Virus record (IMG/VR): IMGVR_UViG_3300014656_000081
Coordinates: 1-35,122 of that record
Direction: 5' to 3' (one strand)
From: a virus
Taxonomy: Duplodnaviria > Caudoviricetes
DNA length: 35,122 nucleotides
Position numbers and translations under genes: made by a program
Notes under the pieces: generated by a model
Database searches by the model: none
Seen by the model: only the letters and a program-made list of their open reading frames with translations
Told to the model about the DNA's origin: nothing
Shown: positions 34,816 through 35,122 of the stretch, piece after piece
How positions within the stretch are numbered: position 1 is the stretch's first letter
Layout: every line of letters begins with the position of its first letter

Positions 34816-34929
34816 CTACGGCATATTAGCCAGTACGCCTTCCAGCAGATAGAGCCCGATTGTTATCGCGGCTATTATCCCGAGCACCGCCAAAACAACT
34901 TCGCCCTTAATTTCATTTAATCTTTTCAT
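34816..34929 (-). CDS. small single-TM protein (37 aa)
   Basis: GGAGG RBS right after attC R'; MKRLNEIKGEVVLAVLGIIAAITIGLYLLEGVLANMP*. Confidence 0.55.
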   Translation of the reverse strand: MKRLNEIKGEVVLAVLGIIAAITIGLYLLEGVLANMP

Positions 34930-34943
34930 AATCCCTCCCGAGA

Positions 34944-35001
34944 AACTAACGCCGAATTAAGCGGCCCGCTTTTCAGGGTCCGCTTGAATGAGTGGTTAGC
35001 A
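34944..35001 (-). mobile_element. attC-like integron recombination site (complete, 58 bp)
   Basis: Minus strand: R'' TGCTAAC - CACTC - L'' ATTCAAGC - GGACCCTGAAAAGCGGGCC - L' GCTTAAT - TCGGC - R' GTTAGTT; both extrahelical bases canonical. Confidence 0.88.
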
Positions 35002-35121
35002 ATTGATGATCTCTTCAATATGGCCGTCGTCAATGAGAACGTTCTGCCAAGCCGGACCATCGTAACCGCCTAATCTACGGAATCTGAATGGGCCGATCCT
35101 CGTATCTCCATTTTCCTCATC
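34996..35121 (-). CDS. hypothetical protein, 3' end only
   Basis: Open frame ...DEENGDTRIGPFRFRRLGGYDGPAWQNVLIDDGHIEEIINC* with stop inside attC R''. Confidence 0.5.
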   Translation of the reverse strand, partial: DEENGDTRIGPFRFRRLGGYDGPAWQNVLIDDGHIEEIINC

Positions 35122-35122
35122 A

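Noticed and set aside
1-35122. tRNA/rRNA genes, integrase, intI, transposase
   Set aside because: No recognisable cloverleaf/T-loop or recombinase catalytic motifs seen; manual inspection only, and they may lie outside the window

Overview
Most of the genome of a tailed dsDNA phage or prophage with a podovirus-like layout. The host is unassigned; a sigma54 promoter and a dif-like site suggest a Gram-negative, possibly Desulfobacterota-like, host. 1-2590 (+): recombination/early genes (Sak/Rad52-like, NinB-like, DUF968-like) followed by small ORFs. 2559-29869 (-): late module with an FkbM methyltransferase, TerS, HNH, TerL, portal, scaffold, N4-gp56-type major capsid protein, an O-antigen-ligase-family protein, adaptor/nozzle, ejection proteins, tail fibres, an Mtd-like DGR-type receptor-binding protein and lysis genes. 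30341-34526 (+): sigma54-preceded cluster of small genes, most fronted by a repeated hairpin+RBS module, including a Csx20-like putative ring nuclease. 34547-35122 (-): small genes. Main unexpected signals: (1) canonical integron attC-like sites at gene boundaries in both variable arms, with no intI in the window; (2) five signal-peptide-bearing virion-module proteins co-encoded with a WaaL/O-OTase-like enzyme; (3) a candidate anti-type-III-CRISPR ring nuclease; (4) a dif-like site downstream of terS; (5) an 81-bp piece of a virion gene duplicated inside an attC-flanked gene. Protein family calls come from motif recognition by eye, not database searches.
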